The notes under the pieces were generated by a model. The model made no database searches. It worked only from the letters and a program-made list of their open reading frames with translations, and had not been told where the DNA came from. A stretch of DNA of 64,000 nt from the human T2T-CHM13v2.0 reference genome, Homo sapiens, in assembly GCF_009914755.1 (NCBI RefSeq), contig NC_060927.1; one strand, written 5' to 3'. Positions 1-14,668 of this stretch are shown piece after piece. Both the position numbers and the translations under genes were made by a program. Numbering within the stretch: position 1 is the stretch's first letter; the number at the start of each line of letters is the position of its first letter.

Positions 1-3000
1 TCATGGAGCCCCCATTCCAGCTGTAGCTCCTGGACAACATTTCTAGACCCACTCTGGGCCAGAAGGGAACCCACTTTCCTGAAGGGAAGAACCTAGTCCT
101 GGCCTGTTTTATTACCTGCTGACTAAAAAGTCCTTGGGCTGTGAATAAACATCAGCGTTAGTCACAGAGTAGTTGCCACAGGCCTTGGGTGAGTCTCAGT
201 ACCATGCTGGCTTCAGGTGTGACCTAGTGGATTCCCAGCTGTGGAGACCTTGGGGAGAGAATCCTTCCGCTTGAGGAAAAGAGAAAAAAGTGAAGAGGAC
301 TTTGTCTAGCAAAGTGGGTACAGTTTAGCCACAGTAAAATAAAGTACCAAGCAGATTCCTAAAGTCCCTTATTTCAAGCCACAGCTCCTGGACCACATTT
401 CTAGACCCTTCCTGAACAAGAAGGGAACCTAATTCTCTGAAGGGAGAGACCCAGGCCTGGCAGGATTTACCACCTGCTGACTAAGCAGGCCTTGGGCACA
501 GGCTCTGGGGAAGACCCAGTACTGTGCTGGCTTCAAGTGTGACCCAGCATCATCCCAGCAGTGGTGGCTATAGGAGGACTTGTGTCATTCCTCCCCCAAC
601 TACAAGCAGCTCAGTATAGAGAGACAGAGACTCTGTTTAGGGGAGAGTTAGGGAAAGGACCAAAAGACTTTGCCAGGGAATTATCCTGAATCTTACGGAA
701 GATCATCAAGGTGGTACCTTTATAATTCTGCGAGAGTCACAGCATTACTAGGCTTGGGGTGCCCCCTAATGCACATAAAGCTGCAGTGAGCAAAGATTTA
801 AACCACAATACTCAATTTGCTTTGAATACTTGAAAAGCCTTCTCCGGAAGGATGGGTACCCAGACTCTGAAGGTTAGAATATATACTTAACTCTTCAATG
901 CCCAGACATTGACTAACATCCACAAGCATCAAGACCATCCAGGAAAACGTGACTCACCAAATTAACTGAATAAGGAACCAATGACAAATTCCAGAGTGAC
1001 TATATTGGGGAAGCTCAAGGAAATTCAAAATGACACAGAGAAGGTATTCAGAATCATATCAGATGAATTTAACAAAGAGATTGAAATAAATTTTTTAATC
1101 AAGCAGAAATTCTCAAGTTGAAAAATTCAGTTGACCAGCTAAAGAATGCATCAGAGCCTCTCAATTGATCAAGCAGAAAAAAGAATTAGTGAGCTTAAGA
1201 GAAACTGTATGAAAATACACAGAGGAGAAAAGAGAAAAAAGAATAACAGAAAAAAGCATGCCTAAAATATTTGGAAATAGGCTCAAAAAGCCAAATGTAA
1301 GAGTTATTGGCCTTGAAGAGAAGGCAGAGTGAGAGAATGGAGTAGAAAGTATATTCAAATAGATAATAACAGAGAATTTTCCAAACCTACATAAAGATAT
1401 CAATATTCGAGTACAAGAAAATTATAGAACACCAAGCAGATTTAATCCAAATAAAACTACCTCAAGACATTTAATAATTGAGCTACCAAAAGCAAGCATA
1501 AATAAAGGATCCTAAAAGCAACAAGACAAAAGAAACAAATAATATACAAAGAACCTCCAATATGTTTCAGCCTTCCCAGTAGAAATCTTATAAGCTAGGA
1601 GAGAGTTGCATGACATATTCAAAGTGCTGAATGAAAAAACCTTTTATCTTAGAATAGTATATTCCATAAAAATATTCTCCAAATAAAGGAGAAATAATAA
1701 TATTCCCAGACAAACAAAAGCTGAGGGATTGTCAACATGAGAACTGTCCTACAATAAATGCTAAACACAGTTCTTCAGTGTGAAATAAAAGGGCAATATC
1801 AAGCAATAAGAAATCATCTGAAGGTACAAAATTCATTGGTAATTGTAAGTGCATAGACAAATACAGTACATTATAACATTGTAATAACCAACTCATATCT
1901 TATAGGAAGACTAAAAGAGGAATCTATGAAAATAAATAACTATAACAATGTTTTAAGAGACAGACAATATAATAAGATATAAATGGAAACAAAAAGTTTA
2001 AAAGTAGGGGAAAATAAAGTTAAACTGTAACATTTTTATTAGTTTTGTCTTTGATTATTTGTTAGTTTTTTTTTTTTTTTTGGCAATCAGAGTTAAATTG
2101 TCATCAGATTTAAATAATGAGTTATAAGATGTTATTTGAAAGCCCCATGGTAGCCTCACATCAAAGAACCTACAACAGATACAAATACACACACACATAC
2201 AAAAACAAAAAGAAAGAATTTAAATTGACTACCAGAGAAAAATCATATTCACAAAAAGATAGACAGGAAGGAAGAAGGGAAGACCACAAAACAAACAGAA
2301 AATAAGTAACAAAATGGCAGCACTAAGGCCTTACTTATTAATAGTAACACTGAGCCAAAGTGGACTAAACTCTCCAGTCAAAAGACATGGAGTGGCTAAA
2401 TAATAATAATAAAAGACCCAACTGTCTGTTACCTACAAGAAACTCACTTTACCTGTAAAGACAGACATAAAGTGAAAATAAAGGGGTGGAAAAAGAGATT
2501 CCACACAAACGGAAACCAAAAAGGTACAAGAGTAACTATACTTAGATAAGACAGATTTCAAGACAAAAACTATAAAAAGAAACAAAGAAGGTAATTATAC
2601 AATGGTTAAGGGATCAATTCAGGAAGAGGACATAGAAATTATAAATATATATGTACATAGTACTGGAGATACAGATTTATAAAGCAAAATTTATTAGAGC
2701 TAAAGGGATAGATCACAATGCAATAATAGCTGGAGACCTAAACACCCCTTTTAGCACTGGACACGTCATCCAGATAGAAAATCAACAAAGAAACACCAGA
2801 CTTAATCTGCAGTACAGACCACATGGACCTAATAGATATTTACAGATCATTTCACTCAATGGCCACATAAGTCTCCTCAGCACACGGATCATTCTTAAGA
2901 ATAAAGCATATGTTAGGCCACAAAACAAGTCTTTAAAAAATTCAAAAATATAATTATATCAAGTAACTTCCCTGACCACAATGAAATAAAACTAGAAATC

Positions 3001-3484
3001 AGTAACAAGAGAAACTTAGGAATCTATACAAACACATGGAAATTAAATTATATGCTCCTGAGTGACCAGTGGGTCAATGAAGAAATTAAGAAAGAAATTT
3101 TTAAAATGTCACGAAAGAAATGAAAATGGAAATACAACATACCAAAACCTACAGGATACCGCAAAAGCAGTACTAAAAGGAAAGTTTAAAGCAATAAGTA
3201 CCTATGTCAAAACAGTAGAAGAACTTTAAATAAACGATCTAATGATGCATTTTAAAGAATTAGAAAACCAAGAGCAAACCAAACCCAAAATTAGTAGAAG
3301 AAAAGAAACAATAAATATCAGAGTAGAAATAAATGAAATTGTACCAAACGAAAATATAAAAGATCAAAATAAAAAGTTTGCTTTTTGAAAAGATAAACAA
3401 AATTGCGAACCTGCAGCAAGACTAAGAGAAAAAAACCGAAGACCCAAATAAATAAAACTGGAGATGAAAAAAGAGATATTACAA

Positions 3485-4120
3485 GCTGTGGACAGTGGCT
3501 CGCACTTGTAATCCCAACACTTTGGGAGGCTGAGGTGGACAGATCGCTTGAGTCCAGGAATTAGAGACCAGCCTTGGCAAGATGGCTAGATCCCATCTCT
3601 ACAAAAAGTGAAAAAATTACCCAGGCATGGCAGGGCGCCGTGGCTGATTCCTGTAATCCCAGCAGTTTGGGAGGCTGAGGCGGGCGGATCACGAGATCAG
3701 GAGATCGAGACCATGCTGGCTAACTTGGTGAAACCCCGTCTCTACTAAAAATACAAAAATTAGCCGGACGTGGTGGCGGGCGCCTTGTAGTCCCAGCTAC
3801 TCAGGAGACTGAGGCAGGAGAATGGCATGAACGCGGGAGGCGGAGCTTGCAGTGAGCCGAGATAGCACCACTGCACTCCAGCCTGGGCGACAGAGCGAGA
3901 CTCCGTAAAAAAAAAAATAATAATAATAATTACCCAGGCATGGTGGTGTGTACCTGTAGTTCCAACTACTCAGGAGGCTGAGGTGGAAGGATCGATTGAA
4001 CCTGCAAGGTCAAGGTTGCAGAGAGCTATGGTTGCACCACTGCACTCCAGCCTGGGGGATAGAGCAAGACCTTGTCTCAAGAAAAAAAAAAAAAGAAAGA
4101 AAGAAAAGGAAAAAAGAAAA
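3485..4120 (+). mobile_element. Old Alu (AluJ-type) inserted in L1 ORF2, itself split by an AluY
   Basis: gatcgcttgagtccagga left arm; right arm 3942-4080; A-rich tail; degenerate TSD aagagatattacaag / aggagacattgcaag. Confidence 0.9.
3629..3927 (+). mobile_element. AluY nested in the AluJ linker
   Basis: AluY diagnostics (gagatcgagaccat, ggagcttgcagtgag); perfect 14-bp TSD aattacccaggcat at 3615-3628 and 3928-3941. Confidence 0.93.
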
Positions 4121-5631
4121 GACAAAGGAGACATTGCAAGTGACAATGCAGAAATTCAAAGGATCATGAGAAGCTATTTTGAGCAACCATATGCAACTAA
4201 ATTGGAAAACCTAGAAGGAAATCAACAAATTCCTAGACATGTACAACCTACCAGGATTGAACAATGAAGACATCCAAACCTAAAGAGACCAGTAACAATT
4301 AATGAGATAAAAGTGTACTAAATAGTTTACCAGCAAAGAAAAATCTGGGACTCAATGGCTTTACTGCTGAATTTTACCAAACATTTAAAGAACTAATACC
4401 AATTCTACTCAAACTATTCTGAAAAATAGAGAAGGAAGGAATACTTCCAAACTCATTCTACAAGGCCAGTATTATCCTGATACCAAAACCACAAAGAAAC
4501 ATCAAAAAAGAAAACTACAGGCCAATATTTCTGACGAACATTGATGCAAAACACATCAACAAAATACTAACAAAACGAATTCAACAACATCTTAAAAAGG
4601 TCATACATCATGAACAAGTGGGATTTATTCCAAAGATGCAAGGATGATCCAATATATGCAAATCAATCAATGTGATATATCATAACAGAGTGAAGTCAAA
4701 GAATCATATGATAATGTAAATTGATGCTAAAAAAGCATTTAATAAAATTCAACATTCATTCGTGATAAAAATAAAACCTTCAAAAAACTATCTTTAGAAG
4801 GAACATACCTCAACCCAATAAAAAACATATATGATTGACCCACACCTAGTATCAGATGAATGCCTTTCCTCTAAGATCTGGAACATGACAAGGATGCTCA
4901 CTTTCACCATTGTTATTCAACATAGTACTGGAAGAGTACTAGCTAGAGCAATCAGACAAGAGAAATAAATAAAGGGCATCTACATTGGAAAGGAAGAAGT
5001 CAAATTATCTTTGTGGATGATATGATCCTATATTTGGAAAATATCTAAAGAGTCTACCAAAAAACTGTTAGAACTGATAAATTCAGTAAAATTCTAGGAT
5101 AAAATATTAACATCAAAACATCAGTAGCATTTCCATATGCCAAGAGCAAACAATCTGAAAATGAAATCAAGAAAGTAATCCCATTTTCAGTAGCTATAAA
5201 TAAAATAAAATACCTACGAATAAACTTCACTAAAAATTGAAAGAGCTCGACAATGAAACCTCTAAAATGTTGATGAAATAAATTGAAGGGGACACAAAAA
5301 AATGGAAAAATGTTCCATGTTCATGGTTTAGAAGAATCAATATTGCTAAAATGCCCATATTATGCAAAGTGATCTTCAGATTCAATGCAATTCCTATCAA
5401 AATGCCTATAAAATAATTCATAGAAATAGAGAAAAAAAATCCTAAAATTCACAGAGAACCACAAAAGACCCAGAATATCCAATGCCATCCTGAGCAAAAA
5501 GGATAAAACTGGAGGAATCACATTACCAGACTTCAAATTATACTACAGAGCTATAGTAACCAAAACAGCATGCTACTGGCATAAAAACAGATACCTAGAC
5601 CAATGAAACAGAATTGAGAGTCCAGAAATAA

Positions 5632-5949
<318 letters not shown>

Positions 5950-7649
5950 GTGAACTCACTTTTAACAAGAATGCCGAGAACATACATTGAGGAAAGGACA
6001 GTCTCTTCAATAAATGGTACTGGGAAAAATGGATATGTATATGCAGAAGAATGAAACTAGTTTCCTATTTCTCACTATATTCAAAAATAAAATAATAATT
6101 GATTAAAAACTTTAAGACCTCAAACTATAAAATTATTAAAAGAAAACTTTGAGGAAACTATCCAGGACATTGTAGTAGGCAAAGATTTCTTTAGTAAAAC
6201 CCCATAAGCACAGGGAACCAAAGCAAAAATGGGCAATTGGGATCACATTAAGTCAAAAAACCTTTGCACAGAAAAGGAAAAGAAACAATGAACAAAATGA
6301 AAAGAAAACCCACAGAATGCGAAAACTATTGGCAAACTATTCATCTAACAAGGGATTAATAACCAAACTGTGTAAGAAAGTAAAACAACTCAGTAATGCA
6401 AAATCTGATAATCCAATTAAAAAATGGACAAAATATCTGAATAGACATTTCCTAAAATAAAACATACCAAAGACAAACATGTATATGAAAAGGTACTCAA
6501 TATCATTGACCATCAGAGAAATGCAAATCAAAGCTGCAATGAGATATTAATGGTATCCCAGTTAAGATGGCTTTATCCAAAAGGCAGGCAATAGTGAATG
6601 CTGGTGAGGATGTGGATAAAAAGAAAGCCTCATACACTGTTGGTGGGAATGTAAACTAGAACAGCCACTTTGAAGAACTGTATGGAGGTTCCTCAAAAAA
6701 CTAAAACAGAATACCATATGATCCAGCAATCCTACTGCCAGGTATATACCCAAAAGAAAGTAAATAAGTCTATCAAAGAAATATCTGTGCTCCCATGTTT
6801 ATTGCAGCACTACTCACAACAGCCAAGATTTGGAATCAAGCTGTGTCCATTGAAGGAAGAATGGGTTAAGAAAATGTGGTACATAAACACAATGATGTGC
6901 TATTCGTCCATAAAAATGAAGGAGATCCTGTCACTTGCGACAACATGGATGGAACTAGAGGATATTATATTAAGTGAAATAAGCCTAACACAGAAAGACA
7001 AATTTTGTATTTCCTCACTTATTTGTGGGAGCTAAAAATTAATATATTTGAATTCATAGACAGAGAGTATAGTATGATAGTTACCAGAGTCTGGGAAGGA
7101 TAATGGCAGGGCGGAGTAGACATTGTTAATGGGTACAGAAATATAGTTAGAATAAATGAGATCTAATATTTGATAGCACAGTAGGCTGACTTGGTCAACA
7201 ATAATTTATTGTACCTTTTAAAATAACTAAAAGACTATAAGCATAATGTTTATGACACAAAGAAATGATTAATGCTTGAGATAACGGACATCCTATTTAC
7301 TCTGATATCATTATTACACATTGTATGCCTGTATCAAAATATATCATGTAACCCTAAATATATACACCTACTCTGTATGTATAAAAATTAAAAATTAAAA
7401 CATTTAAAAAATAATAAAAATAAATGCCATTAATTAAAAAGTAAATACTATTTTTAGAAACATTTCTAACTAATTGTGGCTGGTGAATAGAAAAACAGTT
7501 GACTTCTTAATATTAGCTTAGTATCATCCAGAAAAAGTGCTGCATTCTTCTTGTTTTCTGTGTAAAGAACTGTATCATTTCTGAATGACAGATTTGTTTG
7601 TTTCTTTACAGTTTCAATAACTTTAGTAAATATTATATTAACTAAAAAT

Positions 7650-10600
7650 GATGATAGTAGAAAAGAAAATCAACAAAACCAAAGTTGGTTATTCGAGGAA
7701 CTAAACTTATAGGAATACAAAGCATTATAAAGGAAAAATAATGAACAACTGTAGGTCAAGAAATTAGATATGTTTAATAAAAAGTACAAACCTCTAGAAA
7801 GACAAACAATGGCCACTTTCTTTAGAATAACAAAAAAACTCTGAATACAATCATAACAAGTGAAGTATTTCTGGTTCTAGGTCCTTGAGGAATTGCCACA
7901 CTGTCTTCCGCAATGGTTGAACTAATTTACACTCCCACCAATGGTGTAAAAGCATTCCTATTTCTCCACATCCTCTCTAGCATCTGTTGTTTCCTGACAT
8001 TTTCATGACCGCCATTTTAACTGGCATGAGATGGTCTCTCATTGTTGTTTTGTTGTGCATTTCTCTAATGACCAGTAATGATGAGCCTTTTTTCCTATGT
8101 TTGTTGGCCACATAAATATCTTCCTTTGAGAAGTGTCTGTTCATATCCTTCGCCCACTTTTTGATGGGGTTGTTTTTTTCTTGTAAATTTGTTTAATTTC
8201 CTTGTAGATTCTGGATACTAGCCTTTTGTCAGATGGAGAGATTGCAAAATTTTTCTCCCATTCTGTAGGTTACCTGTTCACTCTGATAATAGTTTATTTT
8301 GTTGTGCAGAAGTTCTTTAGTTTAATTAGATCCCATTTGTCAATTCTGGCTTTTGTTGCCATTGCTTTTCATGTGTTAGTCATTAAGTCTTTGCCCATGC
8401 CTATGTTCTGAATGGTATTGCCTAGGTTTTCTTCTAGCATTTTTATGGTTTTGGGTTTTACGTTTAAGTCTTTAATCCATCTTGAGTTAATTTTTGTATA
8501 AGGTATTAAGTAAGGCATCCAGTTTCAGTTTTCTACATATGAGTAGCCGGTTTTCCCAACACCATTTATTAAATAGGGAATCCGTTCCCCATTGCTTGTT
8601 TTTGTCAGGTTTGACAAAAGTCAGATGGTTGTAGATGTGTGGCATTATTTCTGAGGCCTCTGTTCTGTTCCATTGGTCTATGTATCTCTTTTGGTATCAG
8701 TACCATGCTGTTTTGATTACTGTAGACTTGCAGTATAGTTTGAAGTCAGGTAGCATGATGCCTCCAGCATTGTTCTTTTTGCTTAGGATTGTCTTGGCTG
8801 TATGAGCTCTTTTTTGGTTCCATATGAAATTTAAAATAGTTTTTCTAATTCTGTGAAGAAAGTCAATGGTAGATTGATGGGGATAGCATTGAATCTATAA
8901 ATTACTTTGGGCAGTATGGCCATTTTCACAATATTGATTCTTCTTATCCATCAGCATGGAATGTTTTCCCATTTGTTTGCATCCTCTCTTATTTTCTTGA
9001 GCAGTGGTTTGTAGTTCTCCTTTAAGATATCCTTCACATCCCTTGTAAGTTGTATTCCTAGGTATTTTATTCTCTTTGTAGCAATTGTGAATGGGAGTTC
9101 ACTCGTGATTTGGCTCTCTGTTTGTCTATTATTGATGTATAGGAATGTGATTTTTTATCCTGAGACTTTGCTGAAGTTGCTTATCAGCTTAAAGAGATTT
9201 TGGGCTGAGATGGTGGGTTTTCTAAATATACAATCATGTCATCTGCAAACAGAGACAATTTGACTCCCTCTCTTCCTATTTGAATATGCTTTATTTCTTT
9301 CTCTTGCCTGATTGCTCTGGCCAGAACTTCCAATACTACATTGACTAGGAATGGTGAGAGAGGGCATCCTTGTCTTCTGCCAGTTTTCAAAGGAATGCTT
9401 CCAGTTTTTGCCCATTCAGCATGATATTGTCTGTGGGTTTGTCATAAATAGCTCTTATTAATTTGAGATACATTCCATTAATACCTAGTTTGTTGAGAGT
9501 TTTTACATGAAGGGGTGTTGAATTTTATCAAAGGCCTTTTCTGCATCTGTTGAGATAATCATGTGGTTTCTGTCATTGGTTCTGTTTGTGTGATAGATTA
9601 CGTTTATTTATTTGCATATGTTGAACCAGCCTTGCATCCCAGGGATGAAGCTGACTTGATCATGGTGGATAAGCTTTTTGATGTGCTGCTGGATTCGGTT
9701 TGTCAGTATTTTATTGAAGGATTTTCACATTGATGTTCTTCAGAGATATTGGCCTGAAGTTTTTCTTTTGTTGTTCTTGTGCTCTGCCAGGTTTTGGTAT
9801 CAGGATGATGCTGGCCTCAGAAAATGAGTTAGGGAGGATTCTTTCTTTTTCTGTTGTTTGAAATAGTCTCATAAGGAATGGTAGCAGCTCTTCTTTGTAC
9901 CTCTGGTAGAATTCAGCTGTGAATCCGTCTGGTCCTGGGGTTTTTTTGGCTGGCAGACTATTAATTACTGCCCAATTTCAGAATTTATTGGCCGATTCAG
10001 GGATTCAACTTCTTCCTGGTTTAGTCTTGGGAGGGTGTATGCAACCAGGATTTATCTATTTCTTCTAGATGTTCTAGTTTATTTGTGTAGAGGTGTTTAT
10101 AGTATTCTCTCATGGTAGTTTGTGTTTCTGTAGGATCAGTGGTGATATCCCCTTTATCATTTTTTATTGTGTCTATTTGATTCTTCTCTCTTTTCTTCTT
10201 TATTATTCTGGCTAGCAATCTATTTTGTTAATCTTTTCAAAAAATCGGCTCCCAGATTCATTGATTTTTTGAAGGATTTTTCATGTCTCTGTCTCCTTCA
10301 ATTCTGCTCTGATCTTAGTTATTTCTTGTCTTCTGCTAGCTTTTGAATTTGTTTGCTCTTGCTTCTCTAGTTCTTTTAATTTTGGTGTTAGGGCATTGAT
10401 TTTAGATCTTTCCCGCTTTCTCCTGTGGGCATTTAGTGCTATAAATTTCCCTCTGAACACTGCTTTTCAGAGATTCTGGTATGTTTTGTCTTTGAGACAG
10501 GAAAACGTAAAATTAAGAAAACAATTCAATTCATAATAGCATGAAAAAGTGCTCAGGAAAAATTTTTTTAAAAAGAAATGCAAGACTTACACTCTAAAAA

Positions 10601-12145
10601 CTTTAAAATAATATTGAAAGACATTAAAAATGACCTAAATAAGTGGAAAGATATTATATCATCAATAATCAGAAGATGATATTGTTAAGATGGAAGTACT
10701 CCCCAAATTGATTTACAGATTCAGCAAAATCTCTATCAAAATTCCAGCTGTCTTCTTTGCAAGAATAAATTGGAAAGCTGTTGCTATAATTCCTACATAA
10801 ATTCAAGGAACCTAGAATAGTCAAAACAATCCTGAAAAAGAGCAAAGTTTGAGAATTCACATTTTCTGATGTTAAAATTTCCTATAAGGAGACTGTAATC
10901 AAGACTGTGTGGTATGGCTACTGTGTGTGTGCGTGTGTGTCTGTGTGTGTGTGTGACATAGAATTGGGAGTTTAGAATTAAGCCCTAACATTTACAATCA
11001 GTTGATCCTCAACAAGGGTGGCAAGAGAATTCAATGGTGCAATAATAGTCTTTTCAACAAATGATGCTGGGAAAACTGAATATCCACATGCAACTGAAGT
11101 TGGATCCTACCTCACACCATATAAAAATTAACTAAAAATAAATCAGAGACCTAAAAGTAAGATCTAAAACTATAAAACTCTTAGAAGAAAATTTAGGCAT
11201 AAATATATATGACGTTGCATTAAGCAATGTTTTCTTAGATATAATACCAAAAGCACAAGCAAAAAAAGATAAGATATGCATCATCTACATCATCAAAATT
11301 AAAAATTTTGTGCTTCAAAAGTATACCATCAAAAACATAGAAGGGCTACCTACAAAATGGAAGAAATTTTTTACAAATCGTATGTCTAATAATAGCAATG
11401 TGATACTACTTCACACCCACTACAATGGCTATAATATAAGAAATAACAAGTGTTAGCAAAGGTTTGGAAAAATCAGAACCTTCAAACATTGTAATGTAGG
11501 AGTATAAATTAATGTAGCCACTTTGAAATCAGTCTAACAGTACTTCAAATATGATACAGCAATTCCACTTTTAGGTTTATACCTGAGAAAAATAAAAGCA
11601 TAGGTCCACACAACATGTACACACATTTTTAACATTTATAGCAATGTTATTCACAATAGTCAAAAGGTTAAAACAAGTCAAACGTCCATCATATGATAAA
11701 TGCATCAGCAAACTGTGATATATCCATACAATAAGATATTATCTGGCAATAAAATCAAATGAAATACTGACATGGGAGAATCTTAGAAACATAATTCTAA
11801 GTGAGGAGATCGGTCAAAAAGGGTCACATATTGTATGACTCCATTTATATGTAATATTCTAGTGTAAGCAAATCTATAGAGACAGAAAGTAGATTAGTGA
11901 TTGCCTAGGGCTGGAGGGTTAGAGTTGGGGAGTATTGAGGATTATAGGTGACAATTAAAGTGTGTAGGATTATTTTGGGGGGTGATGAAAATATTCTAAA
12001 GCTGATTATGGTGATAAATGCACAACACTGAATGTGCAAAAAGTCCTTGAATTGTACACTTTAAATGAGTCAATTGTAATAATATTTTTTATAATATAGA
12101 AAATGACATGTGGCATGCTATGGTACCAATAAAGCAGTTTAAAAC
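7650..12145 (+). mobile_element. Old L1 (L1MB-like) ORF2 and 3' end, interrupted at 7865-10494
   Basis: ORF2-like sequence at 7650-7864 and 10495-11800; L1MB-type 3'UTR (gcaaatctatagagacagaaagtagattagtg...gtacactttaaatg). Confidence 0.8.
7865..10494 (-). mobile_element. Internal L1PA fragment (ORF2 middle and RT), no 3'UTR or poly(A)
   Basis: ORFs 9184-9390 ([10 protein letters not shown]...[13 protein letters not shown]) and 10021-10218 ([14 protein letters not shown]) are L1 ORF2. Confidence 0.95.
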
Positions 12146-12225
12146 AGAATAATAGCTAAATGCCAGGATTTCTGTAAAATGAGAAAACTAAGAGCAAATA
12201 TAGTAATATATAAATCATATAGACT

Positions 12226-12437
12226 TTCTCTGTCCAATACAGTAGCCACTAGCCACATGTGCCTATTGAAATTTAAATTTTCATTAATTAAAAGTAAGTA
12301 CAATTAAAAATTAAATTATTTACTCACAGTTACCACATTTCAAGTATTCAATAAACACACGTGACTAATGGCTTCATTTTGAAAAGTGTATATATAACAC
12401 ACATCCATCATCTCAGAAGGTTCTATTGTACAGTATT
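12226..12437 (-). mobile_element. MER3 (hAT-Charlie MITE)
   Basis: ctgtccaatacagtagccactagccacatgtg...ttctattgtacag matches the reversed MER3 consensus. Confidence 0.8.
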
Positions 12438-13895
12438 GATGTCTACAATATAAATATCATAGACTTATTTTTACATTTCCCAAGTATATTATCTACTTAA
12501 GAACTATTTTTTACTTTCAGACTTTTGTCCTTTTTGATTTAAAATAAATTTTCTTAAATATAGATATAATTTTTTAAAGATGTTTTTACCTTGAAAAAAA
12601 CATGTTAACCTATATTAGCTCCCTGTTGCCATCTCCATCTCTCACAAAACAAAAACCGGTCTGGATCACTGAAGTATAATATTTTCAATAGCATTCAGTT
12701 TGAATGTTTACACAGAAAAAGGTAGTTTATAAGACTGAAGGTAGAGAAAGATGACAGTCTGGCATATTATGATGAATCTTATTGGTATGTAAATATTGGG
12801 TATTAATTTAGAAACAAAGGTGGTTATGACAGTGAAGCGCTAATATTTCAACCTCATTTGAGGAGGAAATATGCATTTGATTGAATCAAAGGTGTTCAAA
12901 AGGAGGGTTATTTTAATTGCTATGTCACTGAAGAATAAGAAAAAGGTAAAAGAAAATACTCTATTGATATGTGTTGTCATCTGGATTTGCTTTTCTGTAG
13001 TCATCTGTGTGTGCATTTGATTGTATTTTATGTCACCCTGGTGAACAATACCACAATATGTCAAGACCATTTAGAATTCAACTACAAAGGAGCTAAGAAA
13101 AGGGTTATGGTTTTCATGTTGATCAGCATCTTCTGCTTAGATTGGGAGGCCTTAAAATTAACTCCAGTAATATAAAAAAAAATCAGACACAATGCAAAAC
13201 AGGCAATCTCACAAAAGACTTCCTTTATGGCTCATCAGAGTAAATTTCTTGTCAAAATACTCTGCGCTAAGTAAAGGTTATCTATTCATATGAACACCTG
13301 ACTTATAAAATCAATCAGGGCACAATAAGAAAGATGCCTGCTTTTTGCATGCATTCAAATTGTTGTTCCCATTAACTTAACTTCCTAAAAATATATTTCA
13401 TTTTTTCAGTCTGCTCTGCATAACTCATTAACATCATAATCGCCAGCAATAATTGCCTAAAGTAAGTAAAGAAAATCGCTAAAGATGAAGAGTTGAATTA
13501 CCACTTAATGAAATAAGAAAAAAAGAAGACAATTTAAATCAACAGTCTAAGATGCTGCAACCACTCCCTTCCTTCAGAAAATGTATAGTAATTGTGTTTT
13601 TTTGGAGCCTGTTGTGTTTATAAATGAGGATTCGCAGACAGTCAATTCTCAAAATGATTCTACGAGTTTAATTGATGATATGAATCAGATGAACTTAAGA
13701 ATATTTTCTCAGCAATCTAAAGCTGCATTTTTATAACAAGTTGCAAAATAAAACTATTTAAGATATTTTTGAAATCATCTCTATGCTGATTAGAAGGCCT
13801 GACCAAAATGAAGTGTTTCTTCTAGAACTCAAAAGGTGGATTCTCTCAAAGAAATGTTTAATCTATTTGGGGATTTGTTGGTTATCCCTTTTAAC

Positions 13896-14065
13896 CAGTA
13901 TTCTTCCATTGTAGTTGATTTCTACTCCCAGAAAACATTTGACAATGTGTGAAAAAAATTTTATTATTCACAACTTAGTGATTGCTACTGAGATCCAAGA
14001 CAGCTCCCTGTAATAAAGAATGACCTGGCTCAAAATGACAATAGCAACAAGGTGGAGAAGCCCTG
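13896..14065 (+). mobile_element. MER20 with internal deletion
   Basis: acatttgacaatgt...cacaact...caaaatgacaatag...ggtggagaagccctg. Confidence 0.7.
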
Positions 14066-14477
14066 ATTTACACCAACAAAAGGACCTAAGAGAGTCTTAT
14101 AAAAGGCAGTGAATAAAATAAAAAGATAATGTCTCGAAATAAAAAATAATCTGTTCAAAGTCAAAATAGTAATGCAATGTTTTACAAAACGATAATTTAT
14201 TTTGCAATTTAGAGAGCAAACTGGACATAGGGAGACAGAAGAAAGGGAATGAGGATACATTCCTCCAGCTGCCCTTATTGGCCAAAACTTTAACTCATGT
14301 CAAATAATCAGACACTAACTGTAGTAAAGGATAATTATGATTTATCATTTTTATATTTATTTATTGACTCTGTAAGCATATGAGTTATTATGAGAAATAG
14401 ATTAAGTGGGTTGACAGCATCAGGCAAGTACACATGTAAAAGGATAGTAAAGTGGAATTTTGGCAGATGCTTTAATA

Positions 14478-14668
14478 CAATGGTTATCAAACATTACCAT
14501 GCATCAGAATTAACTGAAGGATGTTAAAAACACAGACTAATGGTGGCCTCATCTCTATAATTTCTGACCCAGTAGTTCTGGGGTGGGTTTTAAGAATTTG
14601 CAGCACTTTTAATAAGTTATTCAGTGGTGGTGATAGTGCTGGTCTGTGGCCACTTTGAGAACCACTTC
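14478..14668 (+). mobile_element. MER5A
   Basis: tggttatcaaac...gcatcagaat...aagaatttgca...cactttgagaaccact. Confidence 0.75.
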
